From NCBI GenBank assembly GCA_964486815.1, contig CAZAOO010000004.1:75371-139370 (forward strand): 64,000 nt of DNA, written 5' to 3'. Source of the stretch: an uncultured Thiotrichales bacterium. GTDB lineage: Bacteria > Pseudomonadota > Gammaproteobacteria > UBA4575. Positions 31,198 to 40,488 of the stretch are shown in pieces; the stretch's first letter is position 1, and each line of letters starts with the position of its first letter. A model generated the notes under the pieces. It was not told the origin of the DNA, ran no database searches, and worked only from the letters and a program-made list of their open reading frames with translations. The position numbers and the translations under genes were made by a program.

Positions 31198-32100
31198 ATG
31201 AGCCTTCATGATTTTTGGACCCCTTTTTCTTTATATCCATTTTTAAATGCACTTTTTATTGGAATTAGCCTCGCAAGTATTTTTTTTATTGCTGCACTGG
31301 GACTAACCATAATTTATGGTGCGATGGGTGTCATTAACATGGCACATGGTGAATTCATCATGTTGGGTGCATATACAACTTATGTATTTCAACATTTTTT
31401 AGGCGTGCCATTTCTACTCTGTTTGCCCTTGGCTTTTATTGTGCTTGCATTAATTGGCTTACTGATTGAACGAGGAATCATACGGACGCTCTATCAACGA
31501 CCGTTAGATACACTATTAGCAACCTGGGGATTATCACTAATTTTAATACAAGGTATACGCTTAATTTTTGGTGGTGATCCCAAATACATAGGAGTGCCTA
31601 AATTTTTAGATTTTCAAATCGCAGCCAACTTTATTCATTTATCAGGAGTACGGCTCTTCATAATTATTTTTGCAATTTTAATCGGTTTTGCAACTTGGTT
31701 CCTGATGTACAAAACCACTCTAGGGATGCGGGTCCGTGCAGTGATGCAAGATAAAGAAATGGCGGCATCTTTTGGTATCGATGCTAATAAGATTTACAGC
31801 ATTACTTTCGCTTATGGCGCTGGATTGGCAGGTGTTGCAGGAGCTTTGTTTGGTGCACTGAAAACACTATTCCCTGATATGGGTAGCGGTTATATTGTTG
31901 AAGCTTTTCTAGTAGTAGTAGTTGGAGGTATCGGGCTGCTTGGCAGTATGTTTAGCTCAGCTATTCTTGGACAATTGAGTTCAATATTCTCATACTTTAC
32001 CAACGAAACCTTCGCACGCTTCATTTTGTTTACACTCATTGTTATATTTCTTAGATTTCGTCCACAAGGCCTTATCACTGATGGGGCAACGCGACGCTAG
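31198..32100 (+). CDS. urtB: Urea ABC transporter permease (LivH-like)
   Basis: 300 aa polytopic LivH-family permease. Confidence 0.9.
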   Translation: MSLHDFWTPFSLYPFLNALFIGISLASIFFIAALGLTIIYGAMGVINMAHGEFIMLGAYTTYVFQHFLGVPFLLCLPLAFIVLALIGLLIERGIIRTLYQRPLDTLLATWGLSLILIQGIRLIFGGDPKYIGVPKFLDFQIAANFIHLSGVRLFIIIFAILIGFATWFLMYKTTLGMRVRAVMQDKEMAASFGIDANKIYSITFAYGAGLAGVAGALFGALKTLFPDMGSGYIVEAFLVVVVGGIGLLGSMFSSAILGQLSSIFSYFTNETFARFILFTLIVIFLRFRPQGLITDGATRR

Positions 32101-32139
32101 TTATAAGAACCGCACTATAGAATCTGGAGAATTAACAAA

Positions 32140-33231
32140 ATGAATGGCAATATTTATCACAATCGCAAAGCACAGTGGGCTATTTATATTGTGGTATTTG
32201 TGTTGCTTGCGTTGTTACCTTTTGTATTTGATAACCCTTTCACCTTAAACCAGTTTGCTCGTTATATTATTTTTTCATTAGCGGCTGTATCGGTATCGTT
32301 GGTTTGGGGATATGGCGGAATATTAAGCTTAGGCCAAGGCATTGCTTTTGGAATGGGTGCTTATGGAATGGGTGCCACGATGCAAATGCAATTTCAAGAT
32401 CCTGAATCGGATCCGATTCCTACATTCATGTTGACCAACGAATTAGAATCCTTGCCTCTAGTTTGGGAACCGTTCTGGTCAACACCTATTGGGTTATCGT
32501 TAGCCATTGGAATACCAACACTATTCTTTTTAGTTTTTGGTTACATGATGTTTCAAGCAAGAGTCGCGGGAGTGTTCGTGGCTATTATGACCTTAGCAAT
32601 GCTTTCGGCGTGGTATAGCGTGACATACGACATGCAACCTTTTACTGCAGGTTTTAATGGTATTTCACCACCGTCACCCTTTGAAATATTTGGTACGCAG
32701 ATTGATCCCTATAGTTCGACTGCCTATTGGATTTGTGTTGCTTTTCTCGCCATTCTAACTTTAGGTACTAAATTTATGTTGCATACAAAATTTGGACTCA
32801 TCGTACAAGCCATGCGCGATGATCCAGAACGCGCACGATTCTTAGGTTACAGCGTGGCTTACTATCAAACAGTTTTGTTTACTCTTTCAGGATTCATTGC
32901 TGCTTGTGCAGGAATATTATGGGTCATGATTACCCAATATGTATCACCTACTTCAATGGAAATTATGTTAAGTATTTCTTTTGTCATTTGGGCAGCTGTG
33001 GGTGGTCGTACCTCATTACTAGGGGCTATTATTGGAGCCTTTTTAATTAATTGGGGGCAAAGTTATGCAGGTGATGAGTTTAGACAATTATGGCTAATCA
33101 TTATCGGAAGCATATTTCTAGTGGTTGTATTATTTCTTCCAAAAGGGATCACAGGACTGTTTGAATATTTATTAGGAAAAATTTCTGGAAACAATAGTGA
33201 AGCTAATAATACAACGGGGCAAAAAGTATAA
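32140..33231 (+). CDS. urtC: Urea ABC transporter permease (LivM-like)
   Basis: 363 aa LivM-family permease with an N-terminal extension. The stop overlaps the urtD start (TAATG). Confidence 0.9.
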   Translation: MNGNIYHNRKAQWAIYIVVFVLLALLPFVFDNPFTLNQFARYIIFSLAAVSVSLVWGYGGILSLGQGIAFGMGAYGMGATMQMQFQDPESDPIPTFMLTNELESLPLVWEPFWSTPIGLSLAIGIPTLFFLVFGYMMFQARVAGVFVAIMTLAMLSAWYSVTYDMQPFTAGFNGISPPSPFEIFGTQIDPYSSTAYWICVAFLAILTLGTKFMLHTKFGLIVQAMRDDPERARFLGYSVAYYQTVLFTLSGFIAACAGILWVMITQYVSPTSMEIMLSISFVIWAAVGGRTSLLGAIIGAFLINWGQSYAGDEFRQLWLIIIGSIFLVVVLFLPKGITGLFEYLLGKISGNNSEANNTTGQKV

Positions 33232-33974
33232 TGGCAATACTTGAGCTTAAAGAAGTTACAAAAAAATATAATGATTTTTCAGTCATTAATGGATTAAACC
33301 TCAGTGTCAATGAAGGTGAATTACGATGCTTAATTGGCCCTAATGGTGCAGGCAAAACCACTTCATTAGACTTGATTACTGGTCGTCAAAAGCTCACTTC
33401 GGGAACCGTACACTTTGATGGTAAAAATATCACAAAGTTAATGGAGAAACAGATAGCTATCTTAGGCATAGGTAGAAAATTTCAAATACCTGCGATATTT
33501 AAGGAATTAACCGTGCGAGAAAATTTTGAAGTAGCACTTACTAGCAAAATTGGCCCATTTCAAAACATGAATCCATTCTCTACAAATAGAGGAAAAAATC
33601 ACTATAACAAGATTATAGAGCTTACAGGTTTAGGCAGCCGACTAAATGATATTGCTGGTTTACTATCTCATGGAGAAACTCAGTGGTTAGAAATTGGTAT
33701 GGTGCTAATGCAAAAACCACGACTATTGTTGATGGATGAACCTACCGCAGGGATGACCGAACAAGAAACAGAAAAAACTTCAGAGATTTTTAAAGAATTA
33801 AAAGGTGACCACACTTTAGTTGTAGTCGAGCACGATATGTCTTTTGTGAAAAGTATTGCTGATGTTATCTCTGTTATGCATCAAGGCTGCATGCTTGCCG
33901 AAGGAACCTTATCTGAGATTGAACAGCACCCTAAAGTTAAAGAAGTATATCTCGGCACAGAAGGAATTAATTAA
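33231..33974 (+). CDS. urtD: Urea ABC transporter ATP-binding protein
   Basis: Walker A GPNGAGKTT, signature LSHGETQWLEIG, Walker B LLLMDEPTAGM. Confidence 0.9.
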   Translation: MAILELKEVTKKYNDFSVINGLNLSVNEGELRCLIGPNGAGKTTSLDLITGRQKLTSGTVHFDGKNITKLMEKQIAILGIGRKFQIPAIFKELTVRENFEVALTSKIGPFQNMNPFSTNRGKNHYNKIIELTGLGSRLNDIAGLLSHGETQWLEIGMVLMQKPRLLLMDEPTAGMTEQETEKTSEIFKELKGDHTLVVVEHDMSFVKSIADVISVMHQGCMLAEGTLSEIEQHPKVKEVYLGTEGIN

Positions 33975-33975
33975 C

Positions 33976-34671
33976 ATGCTAGAACTAAATAATGTTACTT
34001 CCTTCTATGGCAAAACACCCATCCTTCAGGGTATCAATATCTCCATGCAAGAAGGCCAATGTCTATGTGTTCTTGGCCGAAATGGCGTAGGCAAAACCAC
34101 ATTGCTACAAACCATTATGGGTCTTACAACGAGCATGACGGGCACACTAAAAATCAATAATCAGGACTTTTCTAACCAACCCACGCATGCACGCGCGCAT
34201 GCAGGCTTAGGCTATGTACCTCAGGGTCGTAGAATTTTAGGGAAATTCAGTGTGCGTGAAAATATTGTACTTGGCACTTTCGCACGCAACGACAAATCCA
34301 ACTCACTACCGGAATCTTGTTTGAAACTATTCCCTTATCTGGCAGATAATCTTGATAAACGTGCAGGTTTACTATCTGGTGGGCAACAACAACAACTCGC
34401 CGTAGCAAGAGCCTTAGCAACGGACCCAAAAGTTTTATTGCTCGATGAGCCCACGGAAGGCATTCAACCTAATATCGTAGAAGAAATACAAAACACCCTA
34501 CATCATTTAAATAAAGATATGGGAATGACACTGGTTCTGACTGAACAACACATAAAAATTGCTAAAAAATTAGCAGACTTATTTATTATCATGGATATCG
34601 GCCACATTGTCGCACATGGCCCGATTAGTGAACTCACTGAAGAGCTTGCGCATAAGCACTTGACTATTTGA
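33976..34671 (+). CDS. urtE: Urea ABC transporter ATP-binding protein
   Basis: Walker A GRNGVGKTT, signature LSGGQQQQLAVA, Walker B LLLDEPTEG. The ATG at 33976 directly after the urtD stop is preferred over the longer overlapping ORF at 33856. Confidence 0.85.
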   Translation: MLELNNVTSFYGKTPILQGINISMQEGQCLCVLGRNGVGKTTLLQTIMGLTTSMTGTLKINNQDFSNQPTHARAHAGLGYVPQGRRILGKFSVRENIVLGTFARNDKSNSLPESCLKLFPYLADNLDKRAGLLSGGQQQQLAVARALATDPKVLLLDEPTEGIQPNIVEEIQNTLHHLNKDMGMTLVLTEQHIKIAKKLADLFIIMDIGHIVAHGPISELTEELAHKHLTI

Positions 34672-34864
34672 TTTTATTATAAGAACTAATAAACCATCCT
34701 GATAAAGTCAGCTATAAGTTACGTCTAGTATCTACTTGATTAACATACATTCAGTAAGTCGAGTTTTGTCGAATTATTAAATGATTCAACCTACTCTACG
34801 AGTCTTCTATATTTGCAATATCTATCGATACAGATAGCCGATCTTTCTTAATATTTCGCAGTAG

Positions 34865-34935
34865 TTCTATATTGACCTATAAGCCAATATATGATTCACT
34901 TATGGTCATTAGACAGTAGTCTTTTGGCTATAATT
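34865..34935. promoter_or_regulatory. Second copy of the conserved promoter/operator block, upstream of dmfA1
   Basis: The sequence ttctatattgacctataagccaatatatgattcacttatggtcattag aligns with 29421-29492. TTGACC, ATATATGATTCACT and the half-site ACTTATGG are shared. Confidence 0.4.
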
Positions 34936-35060
34936 GCGCATGCTTTTATATTGATTGCATATATAAAAATGGTCAACTCAAAACCTGAGGATCAAGCTTA
35001 TTAAATACAACATTTTTTAACTCATCACTACAACTCATGCAATTTGCGGAGGAAGAATAA

Positions 35061-35510
35061 ATGATATCTATACCTAAAAAAGGAACTCCTGAACGTGAAA
35101 GACTTATCGCTACTCACAAGGAATGTATCGAATCCATGAAAGGTGTACCTGGCTGCACCATCATGAAGTGTGAAACTCAAGGCGACACCACCAACATTTC
35201 AGGTGGATTTCAAGAAGACCCATTACTAAATAAAGTTTTAATTCGCATGCGCACAGCCATGCCAGGAAACTTTGGAGGAAAATTAGTAGTGATTTGTACA
35301 AAAGTAGAAAAAGAATGGCGTATTGGACGGCTATCAGGTATTCGCGGTGTTCCACCAACATTTGTCGGTAAGAAAGTTTATGACAACGAACAAGATCCGC
35401 AACATGACATCTTCTTAATGCGCTTAGATGAACTAGATGAAGAAGATGGATATCCCGAGCACTTTAATGAAGGTTGGAAACGTCGAAATGATAATTGGAC
35501 GGTAACCTAG
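35061..35510 (+). CDS. dmfA1: N,N-dimethylformamidase small (alpha) subunit-like protein
   Basis: 149 aa with a GGAGG RBS. It is positioned immediately upstream of the large-subunit gene, as in known dmfA1A2 operons. The segment RIGRLSGIRGVPPTFVGKKVYDNEQDPQHDIFLMRLDEL is homologous to the 113-aa small protein at 44755 and to the C-terminus of the permease at 45149. Confidence 0.55.
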   Translation: MISIPKKGTPERERLIATHKECIESMKGVPGCTIMKCETQGDTTNISGGFQEDPLLNKVLIRMRTAMPGNFGGKLVVICTKVEKEWRIGRLSGIRGVPPTFVGKKVYDNEQDPQHDIFLMRLDELDEEDGYPEHFNEGWKRRNDNWTVT

Positions 35511-35563
35511 ATAACGGATTAGACATAATAAATAAAGAATAATTTAGATCAGGAGAACATGAT

Positions 35564-37963
35564 ATGTGTGCAATGAGATTAACGGGTTACGCTGATAAGT
35601 TTGGCGTCCATCCCGGAGATACAATTAAATTCCATGTGAATTGTGACGGACCCAAAAAATATGATTGCCAAATCGTAAAAATGATTCATGGCGATACTAA
35701 TCCACGTGGCCCTGGGTTTATTGAAAAAAAAGTTTCTGCTAAATGTAACGGTGAATATAAAGGTAGACCACAAACTATCTATAGTGGTTCTTATGGTTAC
35801 ACAGATGACTTCAGCCACTTTCAAGTTGAATCCTTTACTATGCAGTGTTGGATTTGGCCAACAACACCAAAAACGCATCCAAAATATTGGCGTCATGGTG
35901 CGCAAGGTTTAATGACAAAATGGTGTAAGGGCAAAGGTTATGGATTATTTATTAACGAAGATGGTTGTTTGGAATTACGCATAAACAACAAGAAAATTAC
36001 CACAGGTGCCCCCATCCGTGATCATGCCTGGCATTTTGTTGCTGCAACGTTTGATGCTAAAACTGGCAAGGCAACTCTTTATCATGAGCCACAGATTCAG
36101 TATGCCTTGGACCCTGATATCCCACCTGTTACAGAGAAAATTAGCGGTAAAATCCAACACACTGATGGTGTTCCATTTGCAGTAGCAGCGTATGCGGATG
36201 GCGCAAGTTCAAATCCGCAGGCACAAGCTTCACGCCCTGCAGGCATGATCATGACAGGCCATTACAATGGCAAAATCGATAGCCCAAGACTGTGTAGACG
36301 CGCATTAAGTCGACAAGATATTGAAACCATGAAGCTTGGTGCACAGCCCGGCTTAACTGAACGCCGACATAGTGGTCCTACAGGCCCATTGTCTGAAGCT
36401 ATAGTGGGTGCATGGGATTTCTCAGATGGAATAAACACCATGGTAGGCATAGATCACGGTCCATACTTATATGACTTAGAAATTGTAAATTGTCCAACTC
36501 GAGCAATGACCGGATATAACTTCTCGGGTCACAACTTTGATTGGAAACACGCACCTGAAGAATACGGTGCAATTCATTTTCACGATGACGATGTCGATGA
36601 TGCACGCTGGGATGTTGATTTCGAATGGGATGTACCTAAAGGCACTGACAGTAAATTTTATGCTGCAAAACTAACCACAGATTCTGGTGACGAAGAATAC
36701 ATACCGTTTTGGGTGGTTCCACATGTTGGCGAAGAGACCGCTAAAATTGCTTACATGGTGCCAACGATTAGTTATATGGCTTATGCAAACGAACACCTTG
36801 CAAACAATGCAGGTGGTGCAGAATTGTTAGTCTATCGTGTACCGATCATGCAAGACCAAAACATGTTTTTAAGTGAACACCGTGAATATGGTGGTTCTAT
36901 TTATGACACCCATACAGATGGTAGTGGTCTATGTTTGTCATCGCGTTTACGACCAATCTTGAGTATTCGTCCGAAATACGATCACTTTTTAATGCAAGCT
37001 CCATGGCAATACCCTGCTGATCTACACATGATCTATTGGCTGGAAGAAATGGGCTACGAATATGATTGTATTACCGACGAAGATGTTACCTATGATGGTC
37101 TAGCACGACTTGAGAATTACAATGTCGTAATAACGGGTTCTCACCCAGAGCACAACAGTGGTCCACAACTAGATGCTTTACATAACTATACACAACAAGG
37201 TGGACGCTTGATGTATATGGGTGCTGATGCTTGGTATTGGATCCATTCGTATCATCCTGCATACGATAATTTAGGTCGAGGCATTGTTACCGAGATGCGT
37301 CGTTGCGAATCTGGTATTCGCACCTGGCGTGCAGATCCTGGTGAGTATTATCACCAAGGCACTGGTGAACTCGGTGGTATGTGGCGTTATCGCGGTCGCT
37401 ATCTGCACTCCGTTGCCGGTACTGGAATGTCTTCAGAAGGTTTCGATATTTCTTCCTACTACTCACGAACTTATGAAAGTAAAGATCCTCGTATATCTTG
37501 GGCATTTGACGGCATTGCTTATGATGAGAAGATTGGAAACTTTGGTTTAGTCGGTGGTGGTGCCGCAGGAACAGAGCTCGACATTGTCGATACTATGTTA
37601 GGTTCTCCTCCGCACACCTTAGTAGGTGCTACTTCTGCTGGGCGTCACACGGAAGCTTACCTTTTGGTAATGGAAGACTATGGCTTTAGCCAGCAAGGTA
37701 TTGATGGTACACAACATCCACGTGTTCGATCTGATATTGCATTTCATGAAACTCCGAATGGTGGTGGATGTTTTGCATTTAGCTCAATAGCTTTTTGTGG
37801 ATCACTTCCATGGAACAATGGTAAGAACAACATTTCTACATTAGTAGGAAATGTTTTAGATCGTTTCATGAAAGATGGACCATTACCTGCAGCACCTAAG
37901 AGCGCTTACATTCATCGTGGACGTGCAGATCACGATCCAGCAATGAACAAAAAAGCGAAGTAA
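35564..37963 (+). CDS. dmfA2: N,N-dimethylformamidase large (beta) subunit
   Basis: 799 aa. N-terminal strings MRLTGYADKFGVHPGDTIKFHVNCDG...HGDTNPRGPGFIEKKV plus the overall length and domain layout fit the DMFase beta subunit (~760-800 aa). It is a paralogue of the 773-aa ORF at 42395. Confidence 0.7.
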   Translation: MCAMRLTGYADKFGVHPGDTIKFHVNCDGPKKYDCQIVKMIHGDTNPRGPGFIEKKVSAKCNGEYKGRPQTIYSGSYGYTDDFSHFQVESFTMQCWIWPTTPKTHPKYWRHGAQGLMTKWCKGKGYGLFINEDGCLELRINNKKITTGAPIRDHAWHFVAATFDAKTGKATLYHEPQIQYALDPDIPPVTEKISGKIQHTDGVPFAVAAYADGASSNPQAQASRPAGMIMTGHYNGKIDSPRLCRRALSRQDIETMKLGAQPGLTERRHSGPTGPLSEAIVGAWDFSDGINTMVGIDHGPYLYDLEIVNCPTRAMTGYNFSGHNFDWKHAPEEYGAIHFHDDDVDDARWDVDFEWDVPKGTDSKFYAAKLTTDSGDEEYIPFWVVPHVGEETAKIAYMVPTISYMAYANEHLANNAGGAELLVYRVPIMQDQNMFLSEHREYGGSIYDTHTDGSGLCLSSRLRPILSIRPKYDHFLMQAPWQYPADLHMIYWLEEMGYEYDCITDEDVTYDGLARLENYNVVITGSHPEHNSGPQLDALHNYTQQGGRLMYMGADAWYWIHSYHPAYDNLGRGIVTEMRRCESGIRTWRADPGEYYHQGTGELGGMWRYRGRYLHSVAGTGMSSEGFDISSYYSRTYESKDPRISWAFDGIAYDEKIGNFGLVGGGAAGTELDIVDTMLGSPPHTLVGATSAGRHTEAYLLVMEDYGFSQQGIDGTQHPRVRSDIAFHETPNGGGCFAFSSIAFCGSLPWNNGKNNISTLVGNVLDRFMKDGPLPAAPKSAYIHRGRADHDPAMNKKAK

Positions 37964-38076
37964 GGCTTGGTACTTTTGCAATACATTGGCTAACTTAAGT
38001 AAGTTGAATTATTTCAAAATGTGTAAACCTCCAAAGCATCATTGACACAATCAGGTGTCAATGATGTACAAGGCAA

Positions 38077-39291
38077 TTGAATTACAATAACGTTGGATGG
38101 TGCAATATGGATTTTCATCCAGATATGGGTTACATAGAGAATGGTGTCGATCTCACCAATAATGATTTATATAAATCGACAAACCTACCCTTCGGACAAG
38201 CTTCGATACTTCCACCCTTTTCGTATCAATCAAAAATTTTTAGTGATCTAGAAGATGAAAAACTCTGGACACGCAATTGGATAGCTGTCGGATTCACTCA
38301 TGAAATACCTAACGCAGGAGATCTTTTACCCTTCACAGTCGGACATCATGGCTTACACGTTCAACGACAAGAAGATGGCAGTTTAATAGGTCGGTTCAAT
38401 AAAGCTCAGCATGGCGGATGTCGTGCAGTACCACTGCAATGCCAAACTGGCAAGAAAACCAAATGCTCCTTTACCTCTTGTGGTTACAGTCGTGACCGAA
38501 ATGTTATTCACGTACAAGAAATTGGGGAAAATACCCCGACCATGCATCAATATATAGGATTAATTCCTGAAAGATTATTGCCTGTAAAAGTAGAAGTTTT
38601 AGGTTCAATTATTTTTATTAACCTAGATAATGAATGCAATAAGCTTGCAGATGAATTCTCGGCAGTAGCCAAGGATATCAAATTATCTTTAAACGAAGAT
38701 TTTATATTACAAAATAATGTGTGGATTGAATGCGCCTCAAATTGGAAATTTTCTGGGCGCGCTTTCTTTGATGGAAATAACATATGCAATAGTATTTCAA
38801 ATCATAGCAATAATAATATTTACAATTTCTTTATTAGTCAAAATGTTTCTACTCAAGAAATAGGTCTAAATATTGATGATGCTAATGAAGATAATATGAA
38901 TTATGTACAACTAAGTTGGTTATTCCCTAACATAGTGCTTATTCAACACACAGATTTTCTTGTAAGCGTAATTTTACAGCCCACAAACATGGGCGAAACT
39001 AATTTACGCACTTCTTTGTTTTTAAAAGACCATTACAGAAATGATGTTGCATCCCACCTGCTAACAAATTTGCGAGAATACATGCAATCCATCACATCAA
39101 GAGCACTACAAATGCAAAGTCAAGCTGATGAGCTAACTGCGCCGGGCGCTCCTGAATTTAAAAGCAACATGATTCCAATTGAAACGAATTTGGCAGGTTA
39201 CTCTTTCAATCGTTACATAATTGGAAAAATTGAAAAAGAGCATCAGTATTACTGGAACGCACCACTATATAGCAACAATATTAGGCGTTAG
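38077..39291 (+). CDS. Hypothetical protein with an N-terminal Rieske/ring-hydroxylating-oxygenase-alpha-like region in which canonical cluster ligands are replaced by a 4-Cys pattern
   Basis: The spacing W..VGFTHEIPNAGDLLPFTVG..GLHVQRQEDGSLIGRFN mimics the Rieske-oxygenase N-terminus. Where CxH / CxxH are expected, the sequence reads QHGGC...C-x7-C-x4-CGY. An Asn-rich low-complexity insert is present. Confidence 0.3.
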   Translation: MNYNNVGWCNMDFHPDMGYIENGVDLTNNDLYKSTNLPFGQASILPPFSYQSKIFSDLEDEKLWTRNWIAVGFTHEIPNAGDLLPFTVGHHGLHVQRQEDGSLIGRFNKAQHGGCRAVPLQCQTGKKTKCSFTSCGYSRDRNVIHVQEIGENTPTMHQYIGLIPERLLPVKVEVLGSIIFINLDNECNKLADEFSAVAKDIKLSLNEDFILQNNVWIECASNWKFSGRAFFDGNNICNSISNHSNNNIYNFFISQNVSTQEIGLNIDDANEDNMNYVQLSWLFPNIVLIQHTDFLVSVILQPTNMGETNLRTSLFLKDHYRNDVASHLLTNLREYMQSITSRALQMQSQADELTAPGAPEFKSNMIPIETNLAGYSFNRYIIGKIEKEHQYYWNAPLYSNNIRR

Positions 39292-39326
39292 TAATCCTGG
39301 AAATTAAAATAATATTAGATTAAGTA

Positions 39327-40013
39327 ATGGCAAATAAAAAGGAAAACAATATGAACCAAGCACGTCAAGCATATAACAAGGGTGACTATGAAAGAGCACA
39401 TGATATTTGGCTGACACAAGCCGAAAATGGCAGTCCTGAGGCACAAGCTTGGCTGGGATCTTTATATGCGAATGGTGAAGGTGTTGATGCCGATGAAAAA
39501 AATGCCTTATCTTGGTACGAAAAAGCTGCTGAACAAGGCAACTCAATGGCACAAGCTAATGTAGGTGCAATGTACTATATGGGGCAAGGTACCAGCAAAA
39601 ATGTCGATAAAGCCATCAAATGGCTATCCGCTGCTGCTGAGAATGGTGATGTTAATGGATTATTCAATCTAGCGGTTATTTACAGCAAAGGTGAAGATGT
39701 TGAAAAAAATACCGAACGTGCTGCTGAGCTATATCAACAAGCATCTGAACAAGGCCATTACCCTTCACAATCTCGTTTAGGTTACATGTATGCGCATGGA
39801 CAAGGTGTAAAAAAAGATCGTATCAAAGCTTATATATGGTTAAGCCTTGCTGCACAGCATGGTATCGGCACTGCATTAAGTGAGCTCGAATCAATCGTGA
39901 AAAGCATGTCTGCAGAAGAAAAAGCTATGGGGGCAACATTATCAGAGCAATGGCGCAATAAAACTGGGGCCAACAAAATGCAAGTTGCATTGCAACCTGC
40001 CCCCTCAAATTAA
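39327..40013 (+). CDS. Sel1-like repeat (TPR-related) protein
   Basis: Five or more repeats of the A..G.A.A...LG..Y..G.GV..D...A..W(Y/L)..AA.QG pattern. Confidence 0.75.
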   Translation: MANKKENNMNQARQAYNKGDYERAHDIWLTQAENGSPEAQAWLGSLYANGEGVDADEKNALSWYEKAAEQGNSMAQANVGAMYYMGQGTSKNVDKAIKWLSAAAENGDVNGLFNLAVIYSKGEDVEKNTERAAELYQQASEQGHYPSQSRLGYMYAHGQGVKKDRIKAYIWLSLAAQHGIGTALSELESIVKSMSAEEKAMGATLSEQWRNKTGANKMQVALQPAPSN

Positions 40014-40060
40014 ACCTAACAGCTAATAATCGGCCAAATTTTTATTTACTAGCTATATTT

Positions 40061-40366
40061 ATGATTTACAGCGTTCAACAAATCAAATTTGAAATTCTTG
40101 CCCACATCAAAGAATTTGGTGGTGAATTTAAGGACTGGTATGTTGGCATTGCAGCAGACCCTAAAAGTACATTGTTTAAAAAACATAAAGTACATAAAGA
40201 AGATGATATATGGCTTCATAAACAAGCACTCACTTTCACAGCATGCAAAACTACTCAAAAATATTTTTTGGATATTTTAAAAACAGATGGAGAAGAAGTT
40301 TCAGAGGGCGATGAGGATACTGATTGCGTCTATCTTTATAAAAAAAGTAGTCGCACAATTCCTTAA
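40061..40366 (+). CDS. Hypothetical small protein
   Basis: 101-aa ORF with no recognisable motif. An alternative overlapping-frame ORF exists at 40089-40280. Confidence 0.25.
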   Translation: MIYSVQQIKFEILAHIKEFGGEFKDWYVGIAADPKSTLFKKHKVHKEDDIWLHKQALTFTACKTTQKYFLDILKTDGEEVSEGDEDTDCVYLYKKSSRTIP

Positions 40367-40488
40367 TGGGTTATTGCATAAATATGCTTACATTAAATTT
40401 AATGTAATTAATTTGATGAAAGTTTTTTTACATGTCTTCTTGCTAAACCCGGTATAAGGTAGTGTCCGAGCTACCTAGGTAAATTAGA

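Noticed and set aside
33856-34671. Longer 271-aa version of urtE starting inside urtD. Likewise the 597-aa version of ureC starting at 52765 inside ureAB, and the 245-aa ORF at 56668 overlapping the nickel permease.
   Set aside because: In each case an ATG immediately after the upstream stop yields a protein that begins at the conserved N-terminus of the family. The upstream extensions overlap the preceding gene in another frame.
34903-34920. Sigma-54-like TGGC-N-TTGC element (ttggctataattgcg) upstream of dmfA1.
   Set aside because: The spacing between the GG and GC dinucleotides is 8 nt rather than the required 10. It is also not present in the homologous block upstream of urtA.
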